In this document: in pieces, positions 1 to 18,000 of the stretch
Numbering within the stretch: position 1 is the first letter of the stretch
How the letters are laid out: every line of letters begins with the position of its first letter
From: Eledone cirrhosa
Lineage: Eukaryota
Assembly (NCBI GenBank): GCA_964016885.1
Contig: OZ024742.1
Location: 28,830,001-28,894,000 of the forward strand
DNA length: 64,000 nucleotides
Direction: 5' to 3'
Program-made: the position numbers and the translations under genes
Notes under the pieces: model-generated
Databases searched by the model: none
What the model saw: only the letters and a program-made list of their open reading frames with translations
Told to the model about the DNA's origin: nothing

Positions 1-3000
1 AACAACAGAACCAACAGTGACAACAACAACAACACCAACAGCGACAACAACAACAACACCAACAGTGACAACAATAACAACACCAACAGTGACAACAACA
101 ACAACACCAACAGTGACAACAACAACAGAACCAACAGTGACAACAACAACAACACCAACAGTGACAACAACAACAACACCAACAGTGACAACAACAACAA
201 CACCAACAACGACAACAACAACAGCACCAACAGCGACAACAACAACACCAACAGTGACAACAACAACAACACCAACAGCGACAACAACAACAACACCAAC
301 AGTGACAACAACAACAACACAAACAGTGACAACAACAACAGCACCAACAGCGACAACAACAACAACACCAACAGCGACAACAACAACATCACCAACAGTG
401 ACAACAACAACAACACCAACAGTGACAACAACAACAGCACCAACATTGACAACAACAACAGCACCAACAGTGACAACAACAACAACACCAACAGTGACAA
501 CAACAACAGCACCAACAGTGACAACAACAACAACACCAACAGCGACAACAACAACAACACCAACAGCGACAACAACAACAACACCAACAGTGACAACAAC
601 AACAGCACCAACAGCGACAACAACAACAACACCAACAGCGACAACAACAACAACACCAACAGTGACAACAACAACACCAACAGCGACAACAACAACAGCA
701 CCAACAGTGACTACAACAACAACACCAACAGCGACAACAACAACAACACCAACAGTGACAACAACAACACCAACAGCGACAACAACAACAACACCAACAG
801 TGACAACAACAACAACACCAACAGTGACAACAACAACAGCACCAACAATGACAACAACAACAGCACCAACAGCGACAACAACAACAAAACCAACAGCGGC
901 AACAACAACAGCACCAACAGTGACAACAACAACAACACCAACAGTGACAACAACAACAACACCAACAGCGACAACAACAACAGCACCAACAGCGACAACA
1001 ACAACAACACCAACAGCGACAACAACAACAACACCAACAGTGACAACAACAACAACACCAACAGTGACAACAACAACAGCACCAACAATGACAACAACAA
1101 CAGCACCAACAGCGACAACAACAACAAAACCAACAGCGGCAACAACAACAGCACCAACAGTGACAACAACAACAACACCAACAGTGACAACAACAACAAC
1201 ACCAACAGCGACAACAACAACAGCACCAACAGCGACAACAACAACAAAACCAACAGCGGCAACAACAACAGCACCAACAATGACAACAACAACAACACCA
1301 ACAGCGACAACAAAAACAAAACCAACAGCGACAACAACAACAGCACCAACAGCGACAACAACAACAACACCAACAGCGACAACAACAACAACACCAACAG
1401 CGACAACAACAACAACACCAACAGTGACAACAACAACAGCAACAACAGCGACAACAACAACAACACCAACAGCGACAACAACAGCACCAACAGCGACAAC
1501 AACAACAACACTAACAGCGGCAACAACAACAGCACCAACAGCGACAACAACAACAACACCAACAGTGACAACAACAACAGCACCAACAGCGACAACAACA
1601 ACAACACTAACAGTGACAACAACAACAACACCAACAGCGACAACAACAACAACACCAACAGTGACAACAACAACAGCACCAACAGCGACAACAACAACAC
1701 CAACAGTGATAACAACAACACCAACAGTGACAACAACAACAACACCAACAGTGACAACAACAACAGCACCAACAGCGACAACAACAACACCAACAGTGAT
1801 AACAACAACACCAACAGCGACAACAGTGACAACAACAACAGCACCAACAGTGACAACAACAACAACACCAACAGTGACAACAACAACAACACTAACAGTG
1901 ACAACAACAACAGCACCAACAGCGACAACAACAACACCAACAGTGATAACAACAACACCAACAGCGACAACAGTGACAACAACAACAGCACCAACAGTGA
2001 CAACAACAACAACACCAACAGTGACAACAACAACAACACTAACAGTGACAACAACAACAGCACCAACAGCGACAACAACAACACCAACAGTGATAACAAC
2101 AACACCAACAGTGACAACAACAACAACACCAACAGTGACAACAACAACAACACTAACAGTGACAACAACAACAGCACCAACAGCGACAACAACAACACCA
2201 ACAGTGATAACAACAACACCAACAGTGACAACAACAACAACACTAACAGTGACAACAACAACAGCACCAACAGCGACAACAACAACAAAACTAACAGTGA
2301 CAACAACAACAACACCAACAGCGACAACAACAACAACACCAACAGTGACAACAACAACAGCACCAACAGCGACAACAACAACACCAACAGTGATAACAAC
2401 AACACCAACAGTGACAACAACAACAACACCAACAGTGACAACAACAACAGCACCAACAGCGACAACAACAACACCAACAGTGATAACAACAACACCAACA
2501 GCGACAACAGTGACAACAACAACAGCACCAACAGTGACAACAACAACAACACCAACAGTGACAACAACAACAACACTAACAGTGACAACAACAACAGCAC
2601 CAACAGCGACAACAACAACAACACCAACAGTGACGACAACAACAACACCAACAGTGATAACAACAACACCAACAGTGACAACAACAACAACACCAACAGT
2701 GACAACAACAACAACACTAACAGTGACAACAACAACAGCACCAACAGCGACAACAACAACACCAACAGTGATAACAACAACACCAACAGTGACAACAACA
2801 ACAACACCAACAGTGACAACAACAACAACACTAACAGTGACAACAACAACAGCACCAACAGCGACAACAACAACACCAACAGTGATAACAACAACACCAA
2901 CAGTGACAACAACAACAACACCAACAGTGACAACAACAACAACACTAACAGTGACAACAACAACAGCACCAACAGCGACAACAACAACACCAACAGTGAT

Positions 3001-6000
3001 AACAACAACACCAACAGTGACAACAACAACAACACCAACAGTGACAACAACAACAACACTAACAGTGACAACAACAACAGCACCAACAGCGACAACAACA
3101 ACACCAACAGTGATAACAACAACACCAACAGTGACAACAACAACAACACCAACAGTGACAACAACAACAACACTAACAGTGACAACAACAACAACACCAA
3201 CAGCGACAACAACAACACCAACAGTGATAACAACAACACCAACAGTGACAACAACAACAACACCAACAGTGACAACAACAACAGCACCAACAGCGACAAC
3301 AACAACACCAACAGTGATAACAACAACACCAACAGTGACAACAACAACAACACCAACAGTGACAACAACAACAACACCAACAGTGACAACAACAACAGCA
3401 CCAACAGCGACAACAACAACACCAACAGTGATAACAACAACACCAACAGCGACAACAACAACAACACCAACAGCGACAACAACAACAACACCAACAGCGA
3501 CAACAACAACAGCACCAACAGCGACAACAACAACACCAACAGCGACAACAACAACAGCACCAACAGTGACAACAACAACAACACCAACAGTGACAACAAC
3601 AACAACACTAACAGTGACAACAACAACAGCACCAACAGCGACAACAACAACACCAACAGTGATAACAACAACACCAACAGTGACAACAACAACAACACCA
3701 ACAGCGACAACAACAACAACACCAACAGTGACAACAACAACAACACCAACAGCGACAACAACAACAGCACCAACAGTGACAACAACAACAACACCAACAG
3801 CGACAACAACAACAGCACCAACAGCGACAACAACAACAACACCAACAGTGACAACAACAACGGCACCAACAGCGACAACAACAACAGCACCAACAGCGAC
3901 AACAACAACAACACCAACAGTGACAACAACAACGGCACCAACAGCGACAACAACAACACCAACAGCGACAACAACAACAGCACCAACAGCGACAACAACA
4001 ACACCAACAGTGATAACAACAACACCAACAGTGACAACAACAACAACACCAACAGCGACAACAACAACAACACCAACAGTGACAACAACAACAACACCAA
4101 CAGTGACAACAACAACAACACCAACAGCGACAACAACAACAAGACCAACAGCGACAACAACAACAGCACCAACAGCGACAACAACAACAACACCAACAGT
4201 GACAACAACAACGGCACCAACAGCGACAACAACAACAGCACCAACAGCGACAACAACAACACCAACAGTGATAACAACAACACCAACAGTGACAACAACA
4301 ACAACACCAACAGCGACAACAACAACAACACCAACAGTGACAACAACAACAACACCAACAGCGACAACAACAACAAGACCAACAGTGACAACAACAACAG
4401 CACCAACAGTGACAACAACAACAACACCAACAGTGACAACAACAACAACACCAACAGCGACAACAACAACAACACCAACAGCGACAACAACAACAAGACC
4501 AACAGTGACAACAACAACAACACCAACAGCGACAACAACAACAGCACCAACAGCGACAACAACAACACCAACAGTGATAACAACAACACCAACAGCGACA
4601 ACAACAACAACACCAACAGCGACAACAACAACAACACCAACAGTGACAACAACAACAACACCAACAGCGACAACAACAACAACACCAACAGCGACAACAA
4701 CAACAAGACCAACAGTGACAACAACAACAACACCAACAGCGACAACAACAACAGCACCAACAGCGACAACAACAACACCAACAGTGATAACAACAACACC
4801 AACAGCGACAACAACAACAACACCAACAGCGACAACAACAACAACACCAACAGTGACAACAACAACAACACCAACAGCGACAACAACAACAACACCAACA
4901 GCGACAACAACAACAGCAACAACAGCGACAACAACAACAACACCAACAGCGACAACAACAACAACACCAACAGCGACAACAACAACAACACCAACAGCGA
5001 CAACAACAACAACACCAACAGCGACAACAACAACAACACCAACAGCGACAACAACAACAGCACCAACAGCGACAACAACAACAACACTAACAGTGACAAC
5101 AACAACAGCACCAACAGCGACAACAACAACAACACTAACAGTGACAACAACAACAGCACCAACAGTGACAACAACAACAACACCAACAGTGACAACAACA
5201 ACAACACCAACAGTGACAACAACAACAACACCAACAGTGACAACAACAACAGCACCAACAGCGACAACAACAACACCAACAGTGACAACAACAACAACAC
5301 CAACAGCGACAACAACAACAGCACCAACAGCGACAACAACAACACCAACAGCGACAACAACAACAACACTAACAGTGACAACAACAACAGCACCAACAGC
5401 GACAACAACAACACCAACAGTGACAACAACAACAACACCAACAGTGACAACAACAACAACACCAACAGCGACAACAACAACACCAACAGCGACAACAACA
5501 ACAACACTAACAGTGACAACAACAACAACACCAACAGCGACAACAACAACAACACCAACAGTGACAACAACAACAGCACCAACAGCGACAACAACAACAC
5601 CAACAGTGATAACAACAACACCAACAGCGACAACAACAACAGCACCAACAGTGACAACAACAACAGCACCAACAGCGACAACAACAACACCAACAGCGAC
5701 AACAACAACAACACTAACAGTGACAACAACAACAACACCAACAGCGACAACAACAACAACACCAACAGTGACAACAACAACAGCACCAACAGCGACAACA
5801 ACAACACCAACAGTGATAACAACAACACCAACAGCGACAACAACAACAGCACCAACAGCGACAACAACAACACCAACAGTGATAACAACAACACCAACAG
5901 CGACAACAACAACAGCACCAACAGCGACAACAACAACACCAACAGTGATAACAACAACACCAACAGTGACAACAACAACAACACCAACAGCGACAACAAC

Positions 6001-9000
6001 AACAACACCAACAGTGACAACAACAGCACCAACAGCGACAACAACAACAACACCAACAGTGACAACAACAACAACACCAACAGTGATAACAACAACACCA
6101 ACAGCGACAACAACAACAACACCAACAGTGACAACAACAACAACACCAACAGTGATAACAACAACACCAACAGCGACAACAACAACAACACCAACAGCGA
6201 CAACAACAGCACCAACAGCGACAACAACAACAACACTAACAGCGGCAACAACAACAACACCAACAGTGACAACAACAACAACACCAACAGCGACAACAAC
6301 AACAACACCAACAGCGACAACAACAGCACCAACAGTGACAACAACAACAACACCAACATTGACAACAACAACAACACCAACATTGACAACAACAACAACA
6401 CCAACAGCGACAACAACAACAACACCAACAGCGACAACAACAACAACACCAACAGCGACAACAACAACACCAACAGCGACAACAACAACAACACCAACAG
6501 TGACAACAACAACACCAACAGCGACAACAACAACAGCACCAACAGCGACAACAACAACACCAACAGTGATAACAACAACAACACCAACAGTGACAACAAC
6601 AACAACACCAACAGCGACAACAACAACAACACCAACAGCGACAACAACAACACCAACATTGACAACAACAACAACACCAACAGCGACAACAACAACACCA
6701 ACAGCGACAACAACAACAACACCAACAGTGACAACAACAACACCAACAGCGACAACAACAACAGCACCAACAGCGACAACAACAACACCAACAGTGATAA
6801 CAACAACAACACCAACAGTGACAACAACAACAGCACCAACAGCGACAACAACAACACCAACATTGACAACAACAACAACACCAACAGTGACAACAACAAC
6901 ACCAACAGCGACAACAACAACAGCACCAACAGCGACAACAACAACACCAACAGTGATAACAACAACAACACCAACAGCGACAACAACAACAGCACCAACA
7001 GCGACAACAACAACACCAACAGTGATAACAACAACAACACCAACAGCGACAACAACAACAACACCAACAGCGACAACAACAACACCAACATTGACAACAA
7101 CAACAACACCAACAGCGACAACAACAACACCAACAGCGACAACAATAACAACACCAACAGTGACAACAACAACACCAACAGCGACAACAACAACAGCACC
7201 AACAGCGACAACAACAACACCAACAGTGATAACAACAACAACACCAACAGTGACAACAACAACAACACCAACAGCGACAACAACAACAACACCAACAGCG
7301 ACAACAACAACACCAACATTGACAACAACAACACCAACAGCGACAACAACAACACCAACATTGACAACAACAACAACACCAACAGCGACAACAACAACAC
7401 CAACAGCGACAACAACAACAACACCAACAGTGACAACAACAACACCAACAGCGACAACAACAACAGCACCAACAGCGACAACAACAACACCAACAGTGAT
7501 AACAACAACAACACCAACAGTGACAACAACAACAGCACCAACAGCGACAACAACAACACCAACAGTGATAACAACAACACCAACAGCGACAACAACAACA
7601 GCACCAACAGCGACAACAACAACACCAACAGCGACAACAACAACACCAACAGTGATAACAACAACACCAACAGCGACAACAACAACAGCACCAACAGCGA
7701 CAACAACAACACCAACAGCGACAACAACAACACCAACAGTGATAACAACAACACCAACAGCGACAACAACAACAGCACCAACAGCGACAACAACAACACC
7801 AACAGCGACAACAACAACAACACTAACAGTGACAACAACAACAACACCAACAGCGACAACAACAACAACACCAACAGTGACAACAACAACAACACCAACA
7901 GTGACAACAACAACAGCACCAACAGCGACAACAACAACAACACCAACAGCGACAACAACAACAACACCAACAGCGACAACAACAGCACCAACAGCGACAA
8001 CAACAACAACACTAACAGCGGCAACAACAACAGCACCAACATTGACAACAACAACAACACCAACAGCGACAACAACAACACCAACAGCGACAACAACAAC
8101 AACACCAACAGTGACAACAACAACAGCACCAACAGCGACAACAACAACAACACCAACAGTGACAACAACAACAGCACCAACAGTGATAACAACAACACCA
8201 ACAGCGACAACAACAACAACACCAACAGTGACAACAACAACAGCACCAACAGCGACAACAACAACACCAACAGTGACAACAACAACAACACCAACAGCGA
8301 CAACAACAGCACCAACAGCGACAACAACAACAACACCAACAGCGACAACAACAACACCAACAGCGACAACAACAACAACACCAACAGCGACAACAACAGC
8401 ACCAACATTGACAACAACAACAACACCAACAGTGACAACAACAACAACACCAACAGCGACAACAACAACACCAACAGCGACAACAACAACAACACTAACA
8501 GCGGCAACAACAACAGCACCAACAGTGACAACAACAACAACACCAACAGCGACAACAACAACAACACCAACAGCGACAACAACAGCACCAACAGCGACAA
8601 CAACAACAACACCAACAGCGATAACAACAACACCAACAGCGACAACAACAACAGCACCAACAGCGACAACAACAACAACACCAACAGCGACAACAACAAC
8701 AACACCAACAGCGACAACAACAGCACCAACAGCGACAACAACAACAACACCAACAGCGATAACAACAACACCAACAGTGACAACAACAACAGCACCAACA
8801 GTGACAACAACAACAACACCAACAGTGACAACAACAACAACACCAACAGTGACAACAACAACAACACCAACATTGACAACAACAACAACACCAACAGTGA
8901 CAACAACAACAGCACCAACAGTGACTACAACAACAACACCAACAGCGACAACAACAACAACACCAACAGTGACAACAACAACACCAACAGCGACAACAAC

Positions 9001-12000
9001 AACACCAACAGTGACAACAACAACAACACCAACAGCGACAACAACAACAACACCAACAGTGACAACAACAACAGCACCAACAGCGACAACAACAACAACA
9101 CTAACAGTGACAACAACAACAACACCAACAGCGACAACAACAACAACACCAACAGTGACAACAACAACAACACCAACAGTGATAACAACAACACCAACAG
9201 CGACAACAACAACAACACCAACAGCGACAACAACAGCACCAACAGCGACAACAACAACAACACTAACAGCGGCAACAACAACAGCACCAACATTGACAAC
9301 AACAACAGCACCAACAGCGACAACAACAACAACACCAACAGTGACAACAACAACAGCACCAACATTGACAACAACAACAGCACCAACAGCGACAACAACA
9401 ACAACACTAACAGCGACAACAACAGCACCAACAGCGACAACAACAACAGCACCAACAGTGACAACAACAACAACACCAACAGTGACAACAACAACAACAC
9501 CAACAGCGACAACAACAACACCAACAGTGATAACAACAACACCAACAGCGACAACAACAACACCAACAGTGACAACAACAACAACACCAACAGTGACAAC
9601 AACAACAGCACCAACAGTGACAACAACAACAACACCAACAGTGACAACAACAACAACACCAACAGCGACAACAACAACACCAACAGTGATAACAACAACA
9701 ACACCAACAGCGACAACAACAACACCAACAGTGACAACAACAACAACAACAACAGTGACAACAACAACAACACCAACAGCGACAACAACAACAGCACCAA
9801 CAGTGACAACAACAACAGCACCAACAGCGACAACAACAACAACACCAACAGCGACAACAACAACACCAACAGTGACAACAACAACAGCACCAACAGTGAC
9901 AACAACAACAACACCAACAGTGACAACAACAACAGCACCAACAGCGACAACAACAGCACCAACAGCGACAACAACAACAGCACCAACAGTGACAACAACA
10001 ACAACACCAACAGTGACAACAACAACAACACCAACAGCGACAACAACAACACCAACAGTGACAACAACAACAGCACCAACAGCGACAACAACAACAACAC
10101 CAACAGCGACAACAACAACAACACCAACAGCGACAACAACAGCACCAACAGCGACAACAACAACAGCACCAACAGTGACAACAACAACAACACCAACAGC
10201 GACAACAACAACAACACCAACAGCGACAACAACAGCACCAACAGCGACAACAACAACAGCACCAACAGTGACAACAACAACAACACCAACAGTGACAACA
10301 ACAACAGCACCAACAGCGACAACAACAACAGCACCAACAGTGACAACAACAACAACACCAACAGCGACAACAACAACAACACCAACAGCGACAACAACAG
10401 CACCAACAGTGACAACAACAACAACACCAACAGCGACAACAACAACAACACCAAAAGCGACAACAACAACACCAACAGTGACAACAACAACAACACCAAC
10501 AGCGACAACAACAACAACACCAACAGCGACAACAACAGCACCAACAGCGACAACAACAACAGCACCAACAGTGACAACAACAACAACACCAACAGCGACA
10601 ACAACAACAACACCAACAGCGACAACAACAGCACCAACAGCGACAACAACAACAACACCAACAGTGACAACAACAACAGCACCAACAGTGACAACAACAA
10701 CAACACCAACAGTGACAACAACAACAACACCAACAGCGACAACAACAACACCAACAGTGATAACAACAACACCAACAGCGACAACAACAACACCAACAGT
10801 GACAACAACAACAACACCAACAGTGACAACAACAACAGCACCAACAGTGACAACAACAACAACACCAACAGTGACAACAACAACAACACCAACAGCGACA
10901 ACAACAGCACCAACAGCGACAACAACAACAGCACCAACAGTGACAACAACAACAACACCAACAGTGACAACAACAACAGCACCAACAGCGACAACAACAA
11001 CAGCACCAACAGTGACAACAACAACAACACCAACAGCGACAACAACAACAACACCAACAGCGACAACAACAGCACCAACAGCGACAACAACAACAGCACC
11101 AACAGTGACAACAACAACAACACCAACAGCGACAACAACAACAACACCAACAGCGACAACAACAGCACCAACAGCGACAACAACAACAGCACCAACAGTG
11201 ACAACAACAACAACACCAACAGCGATAACAACAACACCAACAGCGACAACAACAACACCAACAGTGATAACAACAACACCAACAGCGACAACAACAACAA
11301 CACCAACAGTGATAACAACAACACCAACAGCGACAACAACAACACCAACGGTGATAACAACAACACCAACAGCGACAACAACAACAACACTAACAGTGAC
11401 AACAACAACAGCACCAACAGCGACAACAACAACAACACTAACAGTGACAACAACAACAACACTAACAGCGACAACAACAGCACCAACAGCGACAACAACA
11501 ACAGCACCAACAGCGACAACAACAACAACACCAACAGTGACAACAACAACAACACCAACAGTGACAACAACAACAGCACCAACAGCGACAACAACAACAA
11601 CACTAACAGTGACAACAACAACAGCACCAACAGTGACAACAACAACAGCACCAACAGCGACAACAACAACAACACTAACAGTGACAACAACAACAACACC
11701 AACAGTGATAACAACAACACCAACAGCGACAACAACAACAACACTAACAGTGACAACAACAACAGCACCAACAGTGACAACAACAACAACACCAACAGTG
11801 ACAACAACAACAGCACCAACAGCGACAACAACAACAACACCAACAGCGACAACAACAACAACACCAACAGTGACAACAACAACAGCACCAACAGCGACAA
11901 CAACAACAACACCAACAGCGACAACAACAACAACACTAACAGTGACAACAACAACAGCACCAACAGTGACAACAACAACAGCACTAACAGCGACAACAAC

Positions 12001-15000
12001 AACAACACTAACAGTGACAACAACAACAACACTAACAGCAACAACAACAACAACACTAACAGCGACAACAACAACACCAACAGTGATAACAACAACACCA
12101 ACAGCGACAACAACAACACCAACAGTGACAACAACAACAACACCAACAGCGACAACAACAACAGCACCAACAATGACAACAACAACAACACCAACAGTGA
12201 CAACAACAACAGCACCAACAGCGACAACAACAACAGCACCAACAGCGACAACAACAACAACACCAACAGTGACAACAACAACAACACCAACAGTGACAAC
12301 AACAACAGCACCAACAGCGACAACAACAACAACACTAACAGCGACAACAACAACAACACCAACAGTGACAACAACAACAACACCAACAGTGACAACAACA
12401 ACAGCACCAACAGCGACAACAACAACAGCACCAACAGTGACAACAACAACAACACCAACAGTGACAACAACAACAACACCAACAGCGACAACAACAACAC
12501 CAACAGCGGCAACAACAACAACACCAACAGCGACAACAACAGCACCAACAGCGACAACAACAACAGCACCAACAGTGACAACAACAACAACACCAACAGC
12601 GACAACAACAACAACACTAACAGTGACAACAACAACAGCACCAACAGCGACAACAACAACAACACCAACAGCGACAACAACAACAGCACCAACAGTGACA
12701 ACAACAACAACACCAACAGTGACAACAACAACAGCACCAACAGCGACAACAACAACAACACTAACAGTGACAACAACAACAGCACCAACAGCGACAACAA
12801 CAACACCAACAGCGGCAACAACAACAGCACCAACAGTGACAACAACAACAGCACCAACAGCGACAACAACAACAGCACCAACAGTGACAACAACAACAAC
12901 ACCAACAGTGACAACAACAACAGCACCAACAGCGACAACAACAACAACACCAACAGTGACAACAACAGCACCAACAGCGACAACAACAACAGCACCAACA
13001 GCGGCAACAACAACAGCACCAACAGTGACAACAACAACAACACCAACAGTGACAACAACAACAGCACCAACAGCGACAACAACAACAACACTAACAGTGA
13101 CAACAACAACAGCACCAACAGCGACAACAACAACACCAACAGCGGCAACAACAACAGCACCAACAGTGACAACAACAACAGCACCAACAGCGACAACAAC
13201 AACAGCACCAACAGTGACAACAACAACAACACCAACAGTGACAACAACAACAGCACCAACAGCGGCAACAACAACAGCACCAACAGTGACAACAACAACA
13301 GCACCAACAGCGACAACAACAACAGCACCAACAGCGGCAACAACAACAGCACCAACAGTGACAACAACAACAGCACCAACAGTGACAACAACAACAACAC
13401 CAACAGCGACAACAACAACAACACCAACAGTGACAACAACAACAGCACCAACAGTGACAACAACAACAGCACCAACAGTGACAACAACAACAACACCAAC
13501 AGCGACAACAACAACAACACCAACAGTGACAACAACAACACCAACAGCGACACCAACAGCGACAACAACAACACCAACAGAGACAACAACAACAGCACCA
13601 ACAGTGACAACAACAACAGCACCAACAGCGACAACAACAACAGCACCAACAGCGGCAACAACAACAACACCAACAGTGACAACAACAACAGCACCAACAG
13701 TGACAACAACAACAACACCAACAGCGACAACAACAACAACACCAACAGTGACAACAACAACAGCACCAACAGCGACAACAACAACTCCAACAGTGACAAC
13801 AACAACAACACCAACAGCGACAACAACAACAACACTAACAGTGACAACAACAACAGCACCAACAGCGACAACAACAACTCCAACAGTGACAACAACAACA
13901 CCAACAGCGACAACAACACCAACAGTGACAACAACAACACCAACAGCGACAACAACAACAACACCAACAGCGACAACAACAACAGCACCAACAGTGACAA
14001 CAACAACAACACCAACAGCGACAACAACAACAACACCAACAGTGACAACAACAACACCAACAGTGACAACAACAACACCAACAGCGACAACAACAACAAC
14101 ACCAACAGCGACAACAACAACAGCACCAACAGTGACAACAACAACAGCACCAACAGCGACAACAACAACACCAACAGCGACAACAACAACAACACCAACA
14201 GCGACAACAACAACACCAACAGTGACAACAACAACAACACCAACAGCGACAACAACAACAACACCAACAGCGACAACAACAACAGCACCAACAGCGACAA
14301 CAACAACACCAACAGCGACAACAACAACACCAACAGCGACAACAACAACAACACCAACAGCGACAACAACAACACCAACAGTGACAACAACAACAGCACC
14401 AACAGCGACAACAACAACAGCACCAACAGTGACAACAACAACAGCACCAACAGCGACAACAACAACAACACCAACAGCGAACACAACAACAACACCAACA
14501 GCGACAACAACAACACCAACAGCGACAACAACAACAACACCAACAGCGACAACAACAACACCAACAGTGACAACAACAACAGCACCAACAGCGACAACAA
14601 CAACAGCACCAACAGTGACAACAACAACAACACCAACAGCGACAACAACAACAACACCAACAGCGAACACAACAACAACACCAACAGCGACAACAACAAC
14701 ACCAACAGCGACAACAACAACAACACCAACAGTGACAACAACAACAACACCAACAGCGACAACAACAACAACACCAACAGTGACAACAACAACAACACCA
14801 ACAGTGACAACAACAACAACACCAACAGCGACAACAACAACACCAACAGCGACAACAACAACAACACCAACAGTGACAACAACAACAACACCAACAGCGA
14901 CAACAACAACACCAACAGCGACAACAACAACACCAACAGCGACAACAACAACACCAACAGCGACAACAACAACAACACCAACAGTGACAACAACAACAAC

Positions 15001-18000
15001 ACCAACAGCGACAACAACAACACCAACAGCGACAACAACAACACCAACAGCGACAACAACAACACCAACAGCGACAACAACAACAGCACCAACAGTGACA
15101 ACAACAACAACACCAACAGCGACAACAACAACAACACCAACAGTGACAACAACAACAACACCAACAGCGACAACAACAACACCAACAGCGACAACAACAA
15201 CACCAACAGCGACAACAACAACACCAACAGCGACAACAACAACAGCACCAACAGCGACAACAACAACAACACCAACAGCGACAACAACAACAACACCAAC
15301 AGTGACAACAACAACAACACCAACAGTGACAACAACAACAACACCAACAGCGACAACAACAACACCAACAGCGACAACAACAACAACACCAACAGCGACA
15401 ACAACAACACCAACAGCGACAACAACAACACCAACAGCGACAACAACAACACCAACAGCGACAACAACAACAACACCAACAGTGACAACAACAACAGCAC
15501 CAACAGCGACAACAACAACAGCACCAACAGCGACAACAACAACAACACTAACAGCGGCAACAACAACAGCACCAACAGCGACAACAACAACAACACCAAC
15601 AGTGACAACAACAACACCAACAGCGACAACAACAACAACACCAACAGCGACAACAACAACAACACCAACAGCGACAACAACAACAGCACCAACAGCGACA
15701 ACAACAACAACACCAACAGTGACAACAACAACAGCACCAACAGCGACAACAACAACAACACTAACAGCGGCAACAACAACAACACCAACAGCGACAACAA
15801 CAACAACACCAACAGTGACAACAACAACAGCACCAACAGCGACAACAACAACAACACCAACAGTGACAACAACAACAGCACCAACAGCGACAACAACAAC
15901 AACACTAACAGCGGCAACAACAACAGCACCAACAGCGACAACAACAACAACACCAACAGTGACAACAACAACAGCACCAACAGCGACAACAACAACAACA
16001 CCAACAGCGACAACAACAACAACACCAACAGTGACAACAACAACAACACCAACAGTGACAACAACAACACCAACAGTGACAACAACAACAGCACCAACAG
16101 TGACAACAACAACAACACCAACAGCGACAACAACAACAACACCAACAGTGACAACAACAACACCAACAGTGATAACAACAACACCAACAGTGACAACAAC
16201 AACAACACCAACAGCGACAACAACAACACCAACAGCGACAACAACAACAGCACCAACAGCGACAACAACAACAACACTAACAGCGGCAACAACAACAACA
16301 CCAACAGTGACAACAACAACAGCACCAACAGCGACAACAACAACAACACTAACAGTGACAACAACAACAACACCAACAGTGACAACAACAACACCAACAG
16401 TGACAACAACAACAGCACCAACAGTGACAACAACAACAACACCAACAGCGACAACAACAACAACACCAACAGTGACAACAACAACACCAACAGTGACAAC
16501 AACAACACCAACAGCGACAACAACAACAGCACCAACAGCGACAACAACAACAACAACAGTGACAACAACAACACCAACAGCGACAACAACAACAGCACCA
16601 ACAGTGACAACACCAACAGTGACAACAGTGACAACAACAACACCAACAGCGACAACAACAACAACACCAACAGTGACAACAACAACAACACCAACAGCGA
16701 CAACAACAACAACACCAACAGCGACAACAACAACAACACCAACAGCGACAACAACAACATCACCAACAGCGACAACAACAACAACACCAACAGTGACAAC
16801 AACAACAGCACCAACAGCGACAACAACAACAGCACCAACAGTGACAACAACAACAACACCAACAGCGACAACAACAACAGCACCAACAGCGACAACAACA
16901 ACAGCACCAACAGCGACAACAACAACAGCACCAACAGCGACAACAACAACAGCACCAACAGCGACAACAACAACACCAACAGCGACAACAACAACGGCAC
17001 CAACAGCGACAACAACAACAACACCAACAGCGACAACAACAACAGCACCAACAGCGACAACAACAACACCAACAGCGACAACAACAACGGCACCAACAGC
17101 GACAACAACAACACCAACAGTGACAACAACAACAGCACCAACAGCGACAACAACAACAGCACCAACAGTGACAACAACAACAACACCAACAGTGACAACA
17201 ACAACACCAACAGTGACAACAACAACAACACCAACAGTGACAACAACAACAACAGCAACAGCGACAACAACAACAACACCAACAGTGACAACAACAACAA
17301 CACCAACAGCGACAACAACAACAGCACCAACAGCGACAACAACAACAACACCAACAGTGACAACAACAACAGCACCAACAGCGACAACAACAACAACACC
17401 AACAGCGACAACAACAACAGCACCAACAGCGACAACAACAACAGCACCAACAGTGACAACAACAACAACACCAACAGTGACAACAACAACAGCACCAACA
17501 GCGACAACAACAACAGCACCAACAGTGACAACAACAACAGCACCAACAGCGACAACAACAACAGCACCAACAGTGACAACAACAACAACACCAACAGCGA
17601 CAACAGCGACAACAACAGCGACAACAACAACAGCACCAACAGTGACAACAACAACAACACCAACAGCGACAACAACAACAGCACCAACAGCGACAACAAC
17701 AACACCAACAGCGACAACAACAACGGCACCAACAGCGACAACAACAACACCAATAGTGACAACAACAACAACACCAACAGCGACAACAACAACAACACCA
17801 ACAGTGACAACAACAACAGCACCAACAGCGACAACAACAACAACACCAACAGTGACAACAACAACAGCACCAACAGCGACAACAACAACAGCACCAACAG
17901 TGACAACAACAACAACACCAACAGCGACAACAACAACGGCACCAACAGCGACAACAACAACACCAACAGAGACAACAACAACAGCACCAACAGCGACAAC